Assembly (NCBI GenBank): GCA_951406725.2
Contig: OX597814.1
Coordinates: 204,848,001-204,912,000 of the forward strand
Direction: 5' to 3'
Length of the DNA: 64,000 bases
DNA from: Octopus vulgaris
Lineage: Eukaryota
This document shows positions 14,075-24,803 of this stretch, piece by piece. A program made the translations under genes and the position numbers. Each line of letters starts with the position of its first letter. The first letter of the stretch is position 1. The notes under the pieces are model-generated. The model made no database searches and had not been told where the DNA came from. It saw only the letters and a program-made list of their open reading frames with translations.

Positions 14075-14485
14075 GATATTTGTCCTCATCTTGTTTGTTG
14101 TTAACACAACATTTCAGCTGATATATCCTCCAGCCTTCATCAGGTGTCTTGGGGGAAATTTTGAACCTGGGTTCTCATTCCTAAAGTATTTTTCAATGTT
14201 TTTATTATTATTGTTGTTGTTCTGGTCACTGCCTGGAATCGAACTCAGAATCTTGGGGTTAGTAGCCTGTGCTTTTAACCACTATGCCATATGCCTGTGG
14301 TGTAGTGGTTAAGAACATGGGCTACTAACCCCAAGATTCTGAGTTTAATTCCAAGCTGTGATATGAACAATAATAATAATAATATCGAAAAATACCTTAG
14401 GAATGAGAACCCAGGTTCGAAATTTCCCCAAGACATCTGATGAAAGCTAGAGGGTATAACAACAAACAAGATGAGGACAAATATC
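14075..14485. mobile_element. ~410-bp palindromic element: head-to-head units with tRNA-like head and hammerhead-like motif
   Basis: Arms of ~200 bp are reverse complements (gatatttgtcctcatcttgtttgttg / caacaaacaagatgaggacaaatatc). The centre holds Pol III A and B boxes in both directions. Confidence 0.8.
14103..14148 (-). ncRNA. Minimal type-I hammerhead ribozyme-like motif
   Basis: Minus strand: gacac-CTGATGA-a-ggctg(gaggatatat)cagct-GAAA-tgtt-gtgtt; stems I and II pair with G-U wobbles. Confidence 0.6.
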
Positions 14486-15328
14486 CATCAATTGTAAATA
14501 ACGTACATAATGTACATAATTCCTCATCTCTTAAATATAGAATTGTAATGAAACTCTCCTCAGCCAGGGGCTCCATAGTCAGTGTAGTTTCAGTGCATCT
14601 ATCATTCAAAAACTAATCCTTTGGTATTTTTCTGGTTGCACAACCAGTGATTACATAGAATTTACATAGGTGATAAACATTACAAAGTCAAAAAACTAGA
14701 ACATGACTAAATTGTTAATTGTACTATGTTTGACCAATAAAGTAGGTTACTGGAAACTTAGGACAAACACAAAACCTATCAAAAGATGAATGAACCCAAC
14801 ATAGGATCAACAATTATCTAGCAATGGGGTGGGGTGTTATAGAAATACACAAAATTGTCAATGAGTGGTTGTAAAAACTACTTTCAGTTCTTGTCAGAAT
14901 GTCTGTCTGGAAAGGTAATAAGAGCTTCTTAGCCATGGTGGAGGCAACCTATCTACACTGTCATTTTGCCTTTGAGTAAATCCAGCAAAACAAATTTAGT
15001 AGTACCCTCTGAGCTTTTACCATTTAGCATTCAGATTACCCTGTCAAAAAAAATACTTATTTATTCATTGTTTTGAATTACTCATGCATTATCTTGAAGC
15101 TTTGAGATTTCAACAATGTTATTGTTTATTTTTAGAATGACATTGTAGGGTAGGTGTGAGTGGCTGGATCCAGTCAATTTGAACCTAATACAAGGCTGAA
15201 TATTTTGGTTGGATATGGTTGGTTTAAATGCTAAACGATTAAAGTAGTTCCTGACAGATTTGGCTTCTGGTAGCCTCCCTACTGCTAGGAGGAGGTTCCA
15301 GTCATCTTGGGTCACCCTTGTCATCGGA

Positions 15329-15437
15329 TCTTTCTCATTCATAGTGGAAATAGAGTGATCGTGAGATGCACAGTCCCAAACTTCTTTCTCATTCATAGTG
15401 GAAATAGAGTGATCGTGAGATGCACAGTCCCAAACTT
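15329..15437. repeat. Exact 54-bp tandem duplication
   Basis: tctttctcattcatagtggaaatagagtgatcgtgagatgcacagtcccaaact at 15329 and 15383. Confidence 0.9.
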
Positions 15438-15639
15438 ATTACAAAGCTTCAATGCTTAGTTATCTTCTGCAGTGTGGATCATCTTGGATTCCTGGAGACA
15501 TCATTCTTTCACCACAGCAGGGCTAGCACCTGTTTTTATGATGATGAAATATCACCACTTCCAGTTATTTGTTTATAGTACAATTCATTGATTGTTTTAC
15601 CAATTCTTTGATCAAAGTACCAATATTTGTATCACTTAA

Positions 15640-16485
15640 GACATAAAGCTGGCTGAAACGTTAGCATGCCAAGCAAAAGGCTTAGCGGTATTTCGTCTGT
15701 TTTTACGCTCAAATTCTGCTGAGGTTGACTTTGCTTTTCATTCTTTTGGGGTTGATAAATTAAGTACCAGTTGCATACTGGGGGTCGATCTAATTGATTG
15801 GACCCCTCCCACAAAATTTTGTGCCTTGTACCTAGAGTAGAAACAAACATTTTGGTAACTGCAAGGCAGTGAGCTGGCAGTAACGTTAGCACGCCGGGTG
15901 AAATGCTTAGCGGTATTTCGTCTGAGTTCAAATTCCGCCAAGGTCGACTTTGCCTTCCATCCTTTTGGAGTTGATTAAATAAGTACCAGTTACGCACTGG
16001 GGTTGATATAATTGACTTAATCCGTTTGTCTGTCCTTGTTTGTCCTCTCTGTGTTTAGCCCCTTGTGGGTATTTTGTCTGTTTTTATGCTCAAATTCTGC
16101 CGAGGTTGATTTTGCCTTTCATTCTTCTGGGGGTCGATAAATTAAGTACCAGTTGTATACTGGGGTTGATCTAATTGACTGGCCCCTTCCCCCAAAATTT
16201 CAGGCCACGTGTCTAGAGTAGAAAAGAACATTTTGGTAACTCCAAGGCAGTGAGCTGGCAGAAACGGTAGCACGCCGGGCGAAATGCTTAGCGGTATTTC
16301 ATCTCTCTTTACATTCTGAGTTCAAATTCCATTGAAGTTGACTTTACCTTTCGTTCTTTCAGAGCCGATAAATTAAGTACCATTTGCTTACGGGGGGGGG
16401 GGGGGGTTCAATCTACACGACTGTCTGCCCCCCCCGCCCCACCCTCCCCCGAAATTTCAGGCCTTATGCCTAGAGTAGAAAAGAA
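15640..16485 (+). mobile_element. Head-to-tail cluster of SINE family B
   Basis: Repeated gagctggcagaaacgttagcacgccgggcgaaatgcttagcggtatttcgtc...gagttcaaattccgcc...ggggtcgataaattaagtaccagt. Confidence 0.8.
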
Positions 16486-16604
16486 CATTTGTATCACTTC
16501 ATATAATTTTTTTTTGCAATGTTAATATATTTCCTGTTATATTCTGTCATTACATTATTCTTTTGTATCATTGAACTTACTGATGGAAACCGTGTCTTTT
16601 CTAG

Positions 16605-16709
16605 GTTGCAGTTATTTTCATGGACACCCAAGGTGCATTTGACAGTCTTTCAACTGTTCGTGACTGTGCTACTGTGTTTGCTCTAAGTACTATGATTAGC
16701 TCAGTCCAG
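16605..16709 (+). CDS. ATL: Atlastin coding exon 3
   Basis: tttctag|[35 protein letters not shown]|gtaagt; G3 motif DTQG; 105 nt. Confidence 0.97.
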
Positions 16710-16975
16710 GTAAGTTCTCACTCATAACGGTACTGTTTCTCATAGAGATTAACCTTGTTTCCGAGTCATCTGCAATACTGCATCAAGTCCTCGGACTCAC
16801 CGGGGGGGGGGGTTAGTAATGGATTTCCATGGTGTACAAGTGACTGAGATCTGCTCATTTACAGCCGAGTGGACTGAGCAACATCAGGCAAAGTGTTTTA
16901 CTCAAGGGCACAACACACCACTTGGTCTGGGAATCGAAACTATGAATGCAAGGTTGTGAATGTTATGCCCTAACC

Positions 16976-17612
16976 CAGTGGTTCCCAAAGTGAGCGGTAC
17001 TGCCCCCTCCCCCCCTGTGGGTGGCAGAAAGATCAAGAGGGGCATTGAAAAAAGTGGGGCAATAATAGGGTGACCAAAAGGGTGCGATGGATGTACCCCA
17101 CCCCACCCCCAAAATAACGGATTAATTATTTTTTTATTTGTTTCAGCCATTTGATTGCGGCCATGCTGGAGCACTGCCTTTAGTCGAACAAATCGATCCC
17201 AGGACTTATTCAATTGGTCTCTTTTGCTGAACAGCTAAGTTATACTGACATAAACACACCAGAATTGGTTGTCAAGCAATGTTGGGACAGACACAGACAT
17301 ACAAACATATATATATACATACATATATACAACGGGCTTCTTTCAGTTTCTGTCTACCAAATCCATTCACAAGGCTTTGGTCGGCCCAAGGCTATAGTAG
17401 AAGACACTTGCCCAAGGTGCCATGCAGTGGGACTGAACCAGTAAGCATGTGGTTGGTAAACAAGCTACTTACCACTTAAGTTTTATTTGTGAAATACTGT
17501 TGTTTCAAATTTGCTGCAGAAAGTGGTCTATATTTGTGGTGCTGAGTGGGGCGCTAGGAATATGGCATGAATGTAAAGGGGGCAGCAGCCTGAAAAAGTT
17601 TGGGAAGTACTG
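16976..17612. mobile_element. hAT-type MITE containing a family A SINE, itself inserted in another SINE
   Basis: TIRs cagtggttcccaaa / tttgggaagtactg; imperfect 8-bp TSD ccctaacc / ccttagcc. Confidence 0.65.
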
Positions 17613-18069
17613 CCTTAGCCCCTAGGGCACACACCTTACTATCTGTAATGTTGCTTTGAGAAATGTGGGTGATGGTAGGATTGCATGGTTAAGAAGTTTG
17701 CTTCACAACCATGTGACTTTGGATGATGGTTGCAAAACAAAATACAGTGTCCCTCCCTGCAGTTAGTATATATATATATATATGGGGGATGTGTGCCACC
17801 CGCGGACAAGGCTCCGCCAGTAGGAAGTGTGCCACTAACGGAGCAGTGTGAGGTCCCTTCCTGTGAAGAGGAGATGCTTCTCCTCCTTTACCACAAGGGA
17901 GAGGAGGTGGAAAGATTTTTGAATGGCTTGGGTGACCGAGAACGTAAGGGCACGGTCGGTTCAAGGAGTCCGTTATGGCCTCCGCGGGTAGCTGCGGAAA
18001 AAGTAACGGAAGATACTTTGTCAAGGGTCGCAGAGACCTTTGAGAGGAAAGATACGATGATGATGATGA

Positions 18070-18111
<42 letters not shown>

Positions 18112-20015
18112 CAGTTGCCAGAGATGTGTTTAATATGTAAGTTGGTCTATCCAATGATGTTACACTGCTGAACTTAGTGATTATTTAAGCAATGTATTTG
18201 TGGATAGTTAAGGGGTTGGACATGGAGTAATAACACCTGAAATACCTATTTTGCTATCTTCAGTTGCATTGTTTACATCAGGAATCACCAAACATTTTTG
18301 ACCATTGACCCCCCCTTTAGCCACTTCAACTTCTACATTGACCACCCTCATCATCAGCCCCCCCCTCTCTCTTTCGGAGAGGCACTGAGCAGCTATACGC
18401 ACACATACACACACGGCAGTAACTTCCACCTACCGAATTCAATCACAAAGCTTCGGTCGACTCGGGGCTATAGCGGAAGACACCTACCCAAAGTGCCATG
18501 CAGTGGGACTGAACCCGAAACCATGTAGCTAAGAAGCAAGCTCCCTAACCACACAGCCATGCCCGCACCTACATTTAAAATATCTCCTCATTTAAAATAT
18601 CTTAATACCTTACCCTACCATATCTTAAATGCATACTGGGTACTGATGCAGACATTAAACGATGATGATATATAACATCATCATCATTTTAATGTCCATT
18701 TCTCCATTCTCACAGAAGTCAAATGGAATGTGTTGAGGCAAATCTCTCTATGGCTGGATGCCCTTTCTGTCATCAACCCTCCTCTTTTCCAAAGTGAATT
18801 GATATTTCCCCATGGCTGGACATGTTTTCGTGGAAGATTAGAAACAATGGGCACCACTTGTATGACACTAACACACACACACATTCACCCACACATATAC
18901 AACGGGCTTCTTTAAGTTTCCTTCTACCAAATGCACTCGCAAGTTTTGGTTGGCTCAGAGCTATAGTAGAAGACCCTTGAACCTGGTGCCATGCAGTGGG
19001 GCTGAACCTGAAACCAGGTGTTTGGGAAGCAAGCTTTTTAACCACACAGCCATGCCTGTGCCTATATGGAGTGGTTGGCATTAGGAAGGGCGTCCAGTTG
19101 TAGAAACCAGGCCAAACCAGATTGGAACCTGGTGTAGCTCACTGGTTTATCAGTTTTCAGTTGAGCTGTTCAACCCATGCCAGCATGGAAAATGGGTGTT
19201 AAACGATGATGATGATGTGTGTGTGTGTGTGTGTGTGTGCATTTGTCCATTTATCTTGTCATCACACACTCTTCAAATGGAAATCACTGTCATACAATCA
19301 GCATCGTTCATTTATGGTCTTCCACAAAAGCATGTCTGGCCGTCATATTGTTCATGCTTGAAGGGCCAGTGGGGGAAATATCACCTTATGTTTCCTTGCT
19401 TGGAAACAAGTGATGATTAGTAACAGGAAGAGCATTTTCGCCTTAGGAAATCTACCACAAAAGATTTCATCTAACCCATACAAGCATAGAAAAGTGGATG
19501 TAAAAACGAAACCACGAGGAGTTTAAAGTGTTAAAAAACAAGAGGGTAAATTGGTCCCAGCTTAGCTGTGTGGTAAGAAGTTTGATTCTCAGTGACATGT
19601 TTGTGGGTTCAGTTCCACTGTGTGGCACCTTGGGCAAGTGTCTTCTACTAAAACCTTGGGCCAACCAAAGCTAAAGCCTTGTGTGTGGATTTATAAGAGG
19701 GAAACTCATCGTGTGTGTGTGTGTGTGTGTGTGTGTTGTTTGTGTGTCTGAGTTTGTCCCCCACCACTGCTAGATAACTGGTGTTGGTGTGTTTATGTTC
19801 CTGTAACTTAGCAGTTTGGCAAAATAGACTGATGGAACAAGTACCAGACTTTAAAAAGTACTGGGGTTGATTCATTTGATTAAAAGTTTTTCAAGGCAGT
19901 GCCCCAGCATGGCCGTAGTCTGATGGCTGAAACAACTGAAAGATAAAAGATAGATTTGTTATAGATTTTGAAGTGTATTATTTTTGTAAAAAAATCCTTT
20001 TTTTTGTCTTTCTAG

Positions 20016-20066
20016 GTATATAATATCTCTCAGAACATTCAAGAAAATGATTTACAACATCTACAG
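20016..20066 (+). CDS. ATL: Atlastin coding exon 4
   Basis: ttctag|VYNISQNIQENDLQHLQ|gtaaga; 51 nt. Confidence 0.96.
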
Positions 20067-20697
20067 GTAAGAAAAAAAAAAACAAACAGTCAGGTATTTG
20101 ATTTATCCCCAAATTTTATTTATTGAATTTAATTATGGTCTTTTATAATGAGAAAATATTTCATTTGATAATAATAATAATAATAATGATGATGATGATA
20201 ACGACGATGACGACGATGCACATCACACACATACACATCACACATATGTCATACATCACACACACATACATCCCACATCACACACACACCACAAATGCAT
20301 CACACACACACACATACACAGATCACACACACACATACCACACATATACATCACACACACCACACACACACATTCCATTTCCATTTCAAAATTTTAATCA
20401 CATAATTATTCAAATTACAAATAAAGTTTGAAATATCAAGTTTTCTAAAATTTAATTTAAATATCACGTGATTTAATTAACAGTTTAATTATCGTCATGT
20501 AATTAGTATTCAGTTACATTGAACACTAGAGTTGCTGTAATTGACTTACCCCTCCCCTTTAATTGCTGGCCTTGTGCCAAAATTTGAAACCATCATCGTT
20601 AGAGAAATTTGATGAGAACTTTTAATTGATATGCATCATCACATGGCAATTAACTTTTTGTTTTTCATCTTAAATTGTGTTTATTGATTGTGTGTTA

Positions 20698-21023
20698 CCG
20701 TATTTTAACATGCACAAAGAAAGAACCCCCTCATTTTTGGGGCTTAAAACTTGGAAAAAAGGTTTTGTAAGGGATTATAATACTATCCATGTACAAGAAA
20801 TTCTCATATTTTTTAACCTAATTTTTGACAAAAAAGGGTTCCTTATTCAGATAATTTTTTGACAAAAAAGGGTTCCTTATTCAGGTCATTTTTTGACAAA
20901 AAAGGGTTCCTTATTCAGGTAATTTTTAGATAAAAAAGCGTTCCTTATTCAGGTCATTTTTTGACAAAAAAGGGTTCCTTTTTCAGGTAATTTTTTGACA
21001 AAATTGTACACGTTAAAATACGG
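20698..21023. mobile_element. Tc1/mariner-superfamily (pogo-like) MITE with internal 34-bp tandem array
   Basis: TIRs ccgtattttaacatgcaca / tgtacacgttaaaatacgg with TA on both flanks; gacaaaaaagggttccttattcagg units at 20827, 20861, 20895, 20929, 20963 and 20997. Confidence 0.8.
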
Positions 21024-21104
21024 TAATTAAATAACAAGTTAATTGATAAAATGTCTGAATTTCTACTCTTCAATAATTCTTTTCTTTATTTCTTGTTTGT
21101 TTAG

Positions 21105-21167
21105 TTATTCACAGAATATGGTCGATTAGCACTGGATGCCAATGATAATGAGTCCAAACCTTTCCAG
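21105..21167 (+). CDS. ATL: Atlastin coding exon 5
   Basis: tttag|LFTEYGRLALDANDNESKPFQ|gtaaat; 63 nt. Confidence 0.95.
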
Positions 21168-21309
21168 GTAAATATTCAATTCTAACATTGGCACACAGCC
21201 ATACAGGTGTGACGTGTTTTGGGGCTGCTTGTTTGCCACCGATCAATCAATGCTGACTTATTTGACATCAGATGTTTTAATGTTTCTCTTCTTTAAGTGT
21301 TTTCTTTCT

Positions 21310-21895
21310 TTAACCCTCTTCCTCTCTCTCTCTCCCTCCCTCCCTCCTCTCTCTCCGTACCCTCTCTCTCTCCCTCCCTCCCTCCCTCCTCTCTCTCCTT
21401 TCCCTCTCTCTCTTTGTTTATCTATGTGAGCACATTTCTCTCTTTGTTTATGAGGAGGGGAAAGTTTATATCAGTTGTGTTCAATTAGTAAATTGTAATG
21501 TCTCTCTCTCTCTCTCCTGTTTTCTCTGCCTCCCCCTTCTTTCTCTCCCTCCTTCCTTCCCTCCTTCCTTCCCTCCCTCCTTCTCTCCCCTCCCTTCCCT
21601 CCTCCTCCTTCCCTTCCCCTCCTTCCTTCTCTCCCCTTCTTTCTCTCCCTCCTTCCTTCCCTCCCCTCCTTCCCTCCCTCCTTCCTTCTCTCCCCTTCTT
21701 TCTCTCCCTCCTTCCTTCCCTCCCTCCTTCCGTTCCTCCTTCCTTCTCTCCCCTTCCTTCTCTCCCCTTCTTTCTCTCCCTCCCTCCTTCCTTCTCTCTC
21801 CTTCCTTCCCTCCCCTCCTCCCCCCTCTCCTTTCTTCTCTCCCCTTCTTTCTCTCCCTCCTTCCTTCTCTCCCCTTCCTTCCTTCCCCCCCCCCG
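21310..21895. repeat. Long polypyrimidine (CT-rich) low-complexity tracts
   Basis: Almost exclusively C/T, with ccttcctt and ctctccct motifs. Confidence 0.9.
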
Positions 21896-21914
21896 TATGA
21901 TTGTGTATAGAAGA

Positions 21915-22205
21915 ATATATTAATCAATGAAATTCCAACTTAGTCTGATTTTTGTATTTTATTATTTCCAATTTTCCCAATGTTCCAGTATTGAACTAAT
22001 CTAGTACTTTCATATGTTATGTAATCATCAGGTTTATGTAGTGACAGTCATACTCCATCAGCTGTCAACTGTGGAACACAGCTATCACTACATAAACCTG
22101 ATGATTGCATAACGCATGAAAGTACTAGTTTATTTCAATATTGTAAAATTGGAAATAATAAAACATGAAAATCAGACTAAGTTACAATTTCATTGATTAA
22201 TATAT
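21915..22205. mobile_element. ~290-bp fold-back element with outward-facing hammerhead-like motifs
   Basis: Arms atatattaatcaatgaaatt...gtagtgacag and ctatcactac...aatttcattgattaatatat are reverse complements around a ~35-nt spacer. Confidence 0.8.
22092..22133 (+). ncRNA. Minimal type-I hammerhead ribozyme-like motif
   Basis: ataaac-CTGATGA-t-tgc(ataac)gca-t-GAAA-gtac-TA-gtttat: perfect 6-bp stem I, intact core, palindromic stem III AGTACT, weak stem II. Confidence 0.65.
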
Positions 22206-22209
22206 ACAT

Positions 22210-22603
22210 CTATGGAGTGGTGGAAGCACTCCATCGGTTACGACGACGAGGGTTCCGGTTGATCCGACCAACGGAACAGCCTGCTCGTGAAATTAACGTG
22301 TAAGTGGCTGAGCACTCCACAGACACGTGTACCCATAACATAGTTCTTGGGGATATTCACCGTTTACACAGAGAGTGACAAGGCTGGCCCTTTGAAATAC
22401 AGGTACAACAGAAACAGGAAGTAAGAGTGAGAGAAAGTTGTGGTGAAAGAGTACAGCAGGGATCACCACCATCCCTGCCGGAGCCCCGTGGAGCTTTAGG
22501 TGTTTTCGCTCAATAAACACACACAACGCCCGGTCTGGGAATCGAAACCGCGATCCTACGACCGCAAGTCCGCTGCCCTAACCACTGGGCCATTGCGCCT
22601 CCA
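22210..22603 (-). mobile_element. tRNA-derived SINE family C, full length
   Basis: The minus strand begins ggaggcgcaatggcccagtggttagggcagcggac...ggtttcgattccc (A and B boxes). A decayed relative lies at ~13013-13240. Confidence 0.8.
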
Positions 22604-23339
22604 CTATACTTCTATACACAGTCACAGAAACTCAGATATGTGTGTATGTGTCTAATGGTTAGGGATGATGTATTGATGATTGTAAGATTGTGATTTTCAT
22701 TCTCAGACTGTTCTTGAGCAAGATACTTCATTTCACATTGCCCCAGTTCACTCAGCTGTAAGTGGGTCACCAAGTGATGGACTAACCTTCCGGTCAGGGG
22801 CAATGTTGACCTGCTTGTCTAGCCAGTGGGATGGCATTGTTTCAAAGTGAAACTGATGCAAAGTGCATTGTGACCAGTGATGTATAACATCTGACTGTCT
22901 GGTCAATACCTTAATATGCATATCATCATCATCATCATCGTTTAACTTCCGTTTTCCATGCTGGCATGGGTTGGCTGGTTTGACTGGGGTCTAGCAAGCC
23001 AGGAGGCCACACCAGGCTCCAATCTGATCTGGCAATGTTTCTACAGCTGAATGCTCTTCCTGATGCTAACCATTCAGAGAGTGTAGTGGGTGCTTTTTAC
23101 ATACCCACCGGCATGGGAGCCAGTAAGGTGGCACTGGCATTGGCTATGTTCAGATGATATATATATATTTTTTGAAAAATGAATAGAACTGGATTTTCTG
23201 ATAATTTTTTCACTTCAATAATTAGATTACCTAATACTTAATAAACATCTAATTAAGTGGGAAAATGACCAGGAAAGCCATTTCTAATCATTTTCTCAAA
23301 TACATAATACTGTACTCTACTATATATATTTTCTGTGTA

Positions 23340-23377
23340 TCTTTCTGTCGAAGAGCGTAGGCTCGAAACGTAAAAGA
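23340..23377 (+). ncRNA. Hammerhead-like motif with variant core (CUGUCGA)
   Basis: tcttt-CTGTCGA-a-gagc(gtag)gctc-GAAA-cg-TA-aaaga: perfect stems I and II, palindromic ACGT stem III, but core A6 is replaced by U. Confidence 0.5.
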
Positions 23378-23473
23378 CTTTTTCTATTTCTATTCCTGAG
23401 CGCCATACTAATACATTTGTTTGTTTGTACTCCACCTGCCTTCGTCTTTTGTTTATTTTCGTAAACCTTCCCG

Positions 23474-23529
<56 letters not shown>

Positions 23530-23582
23530 TTTTTAGAAAACGTAAATCTGAAAGAAGAAGCACACTCTAAGATGCAGAGCAG

Positions 23583-23788
23583 TATATATTAAAAATGGGG
23601 AAGGCCAGTTTATGGAATTACCTTAGGTTTCCTGTCCATAAAGGGTTTAGCTTTCCCCCTCCATATTTTCAAGAGGTGTTGGCCCAACAGGTTTTTGGGA
23701 TCTGATGATATGCCATAAAGCTAAACCCTGTATGGACGGGAAACCTAAGGTAATCCCATAAACACGCCTTCTGTATTTTTAATATATA
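23583..23788. mobile_element. Fold-back/MITE-like element with ~70-bp inverted arms
   Basis: tttatggaattaccttaggtttcctgtccataaagggtttagcttt versus aaagctaaaccctgtatggacgggaaacctaaggtaatcccataaa; TA-rich flanks. Confidence 0.7.
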
Positions 23789-23812
23789 TATATATATATA
23801 TATCTATATATA

Positions 23813-24211
23813 TCTATATATATATAAAAGTGAGGTTGTGTGCTGTCTGTCTCCTACAATTTAGATTCCTAACTACTCCCACATTTTGCAGTACAGTTTA
23901 ACCAAAACCAGGTATCTTATAGTCGTGATTCATATCGAGCCCTTCTGGGTATTAGCGCGCGTCTACGATGAGTCTACGATTTAAAAAAAAATTTACCATC
24001 AATTTTTTCCCATTTTTAATGCACTTTTGGCATATATAAGGGAAGTAACTCTCTAAAAATTTATTATTAAATCTCAGAACGTAAAAAGCTACAGTAACAC
24101 CCCACCCTTTGTGGTTAGCCATATTGAGATGGCTATTATACTTTACATCTCTAAAAATGCTTATATAGTTATTTCCCTTACAAACCCGAGCAACGCCGGG
24201 CGATACTGCTA

Positions 24212-24212
<1 letters not shown>
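23813..24212 (+). mobile_element. Non-autonomous Helitron
   Basis: 5' TC(tatata), 3' hairpin cccgagcaacgccggg then CTAG|T. Termini are homologous to 9522-9900 but the interior differs. Confidence 0.75.
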
Positions 24213-24251
<39 letters not shown>

Positions 24252-24307
24252 CGTTTGTATGTTGTAAACTTCAGTGTAATGTTGCTGTTTCCAATTTCTT
24301 CTTTCAG

Positions 24308-24400
24308 GCTTTAACATTTTTAGTAAGAGACTGGAGTTGTTCCTATGAGCACAGCTATGGCATGGTTGGAGGAAATGAAATCCTGGAAAAACGTTTTGCT
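24308..24400 (+). CDS. ATL: Atlastin coding exon 6
   Basis: tttcag|ALTFLVRDWSCSYEHSYGMVGGNEILEKRFA|gtgagt; G4 motif RDW; 93 nt. Confidence 0.95.
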
Positions 24401-24803
24401 GTGAGTATCCATCCATCCATCCAGGTTGCTTTTTTTTTTTTTTTCCTCTGTTTCTCTCTCAACTCTTCATATTATGCACCCAGTTTGTTGATAACAATAA
24501 CTGACAGTAACTTAACGACCAGGCGTTTTCTGAATCCTCCTCTTCATCTGTTTCACTTCAAATACTTTGCCAAATTACTAGCAATCCCACCACTCTGTCA
24601 CTATATTATCTCCTGGCAGTCCTCACGTTGGACATTAAAGGAGAATGATAAAAACCCTTGCTTTATCTTTTACTGGTTTCAGTCATTACACTGCGACCAT
24701 GCTGGGGCACCGTTTTGAATTTTTGGTTGATTGAATTGACCCCAGGACTTATTTTTTAATTTTTTTAAAGTCTGGTACTTGTTCTATGGTTAATGTAGTC
24801 TGA

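Noticed and set aside
21481-21927. G/R/E-rich and P/S/L-rich ORFs
   Set aside because: Translations of a polypyrimidine tract.
22530-22603. Functional tRNA gene
   Set aside because: The tRNA-like head lacks a proper acceptor stem and continues into a SINE body. The same applies to 14225-14360, 33070-33142 and 52554-52625.
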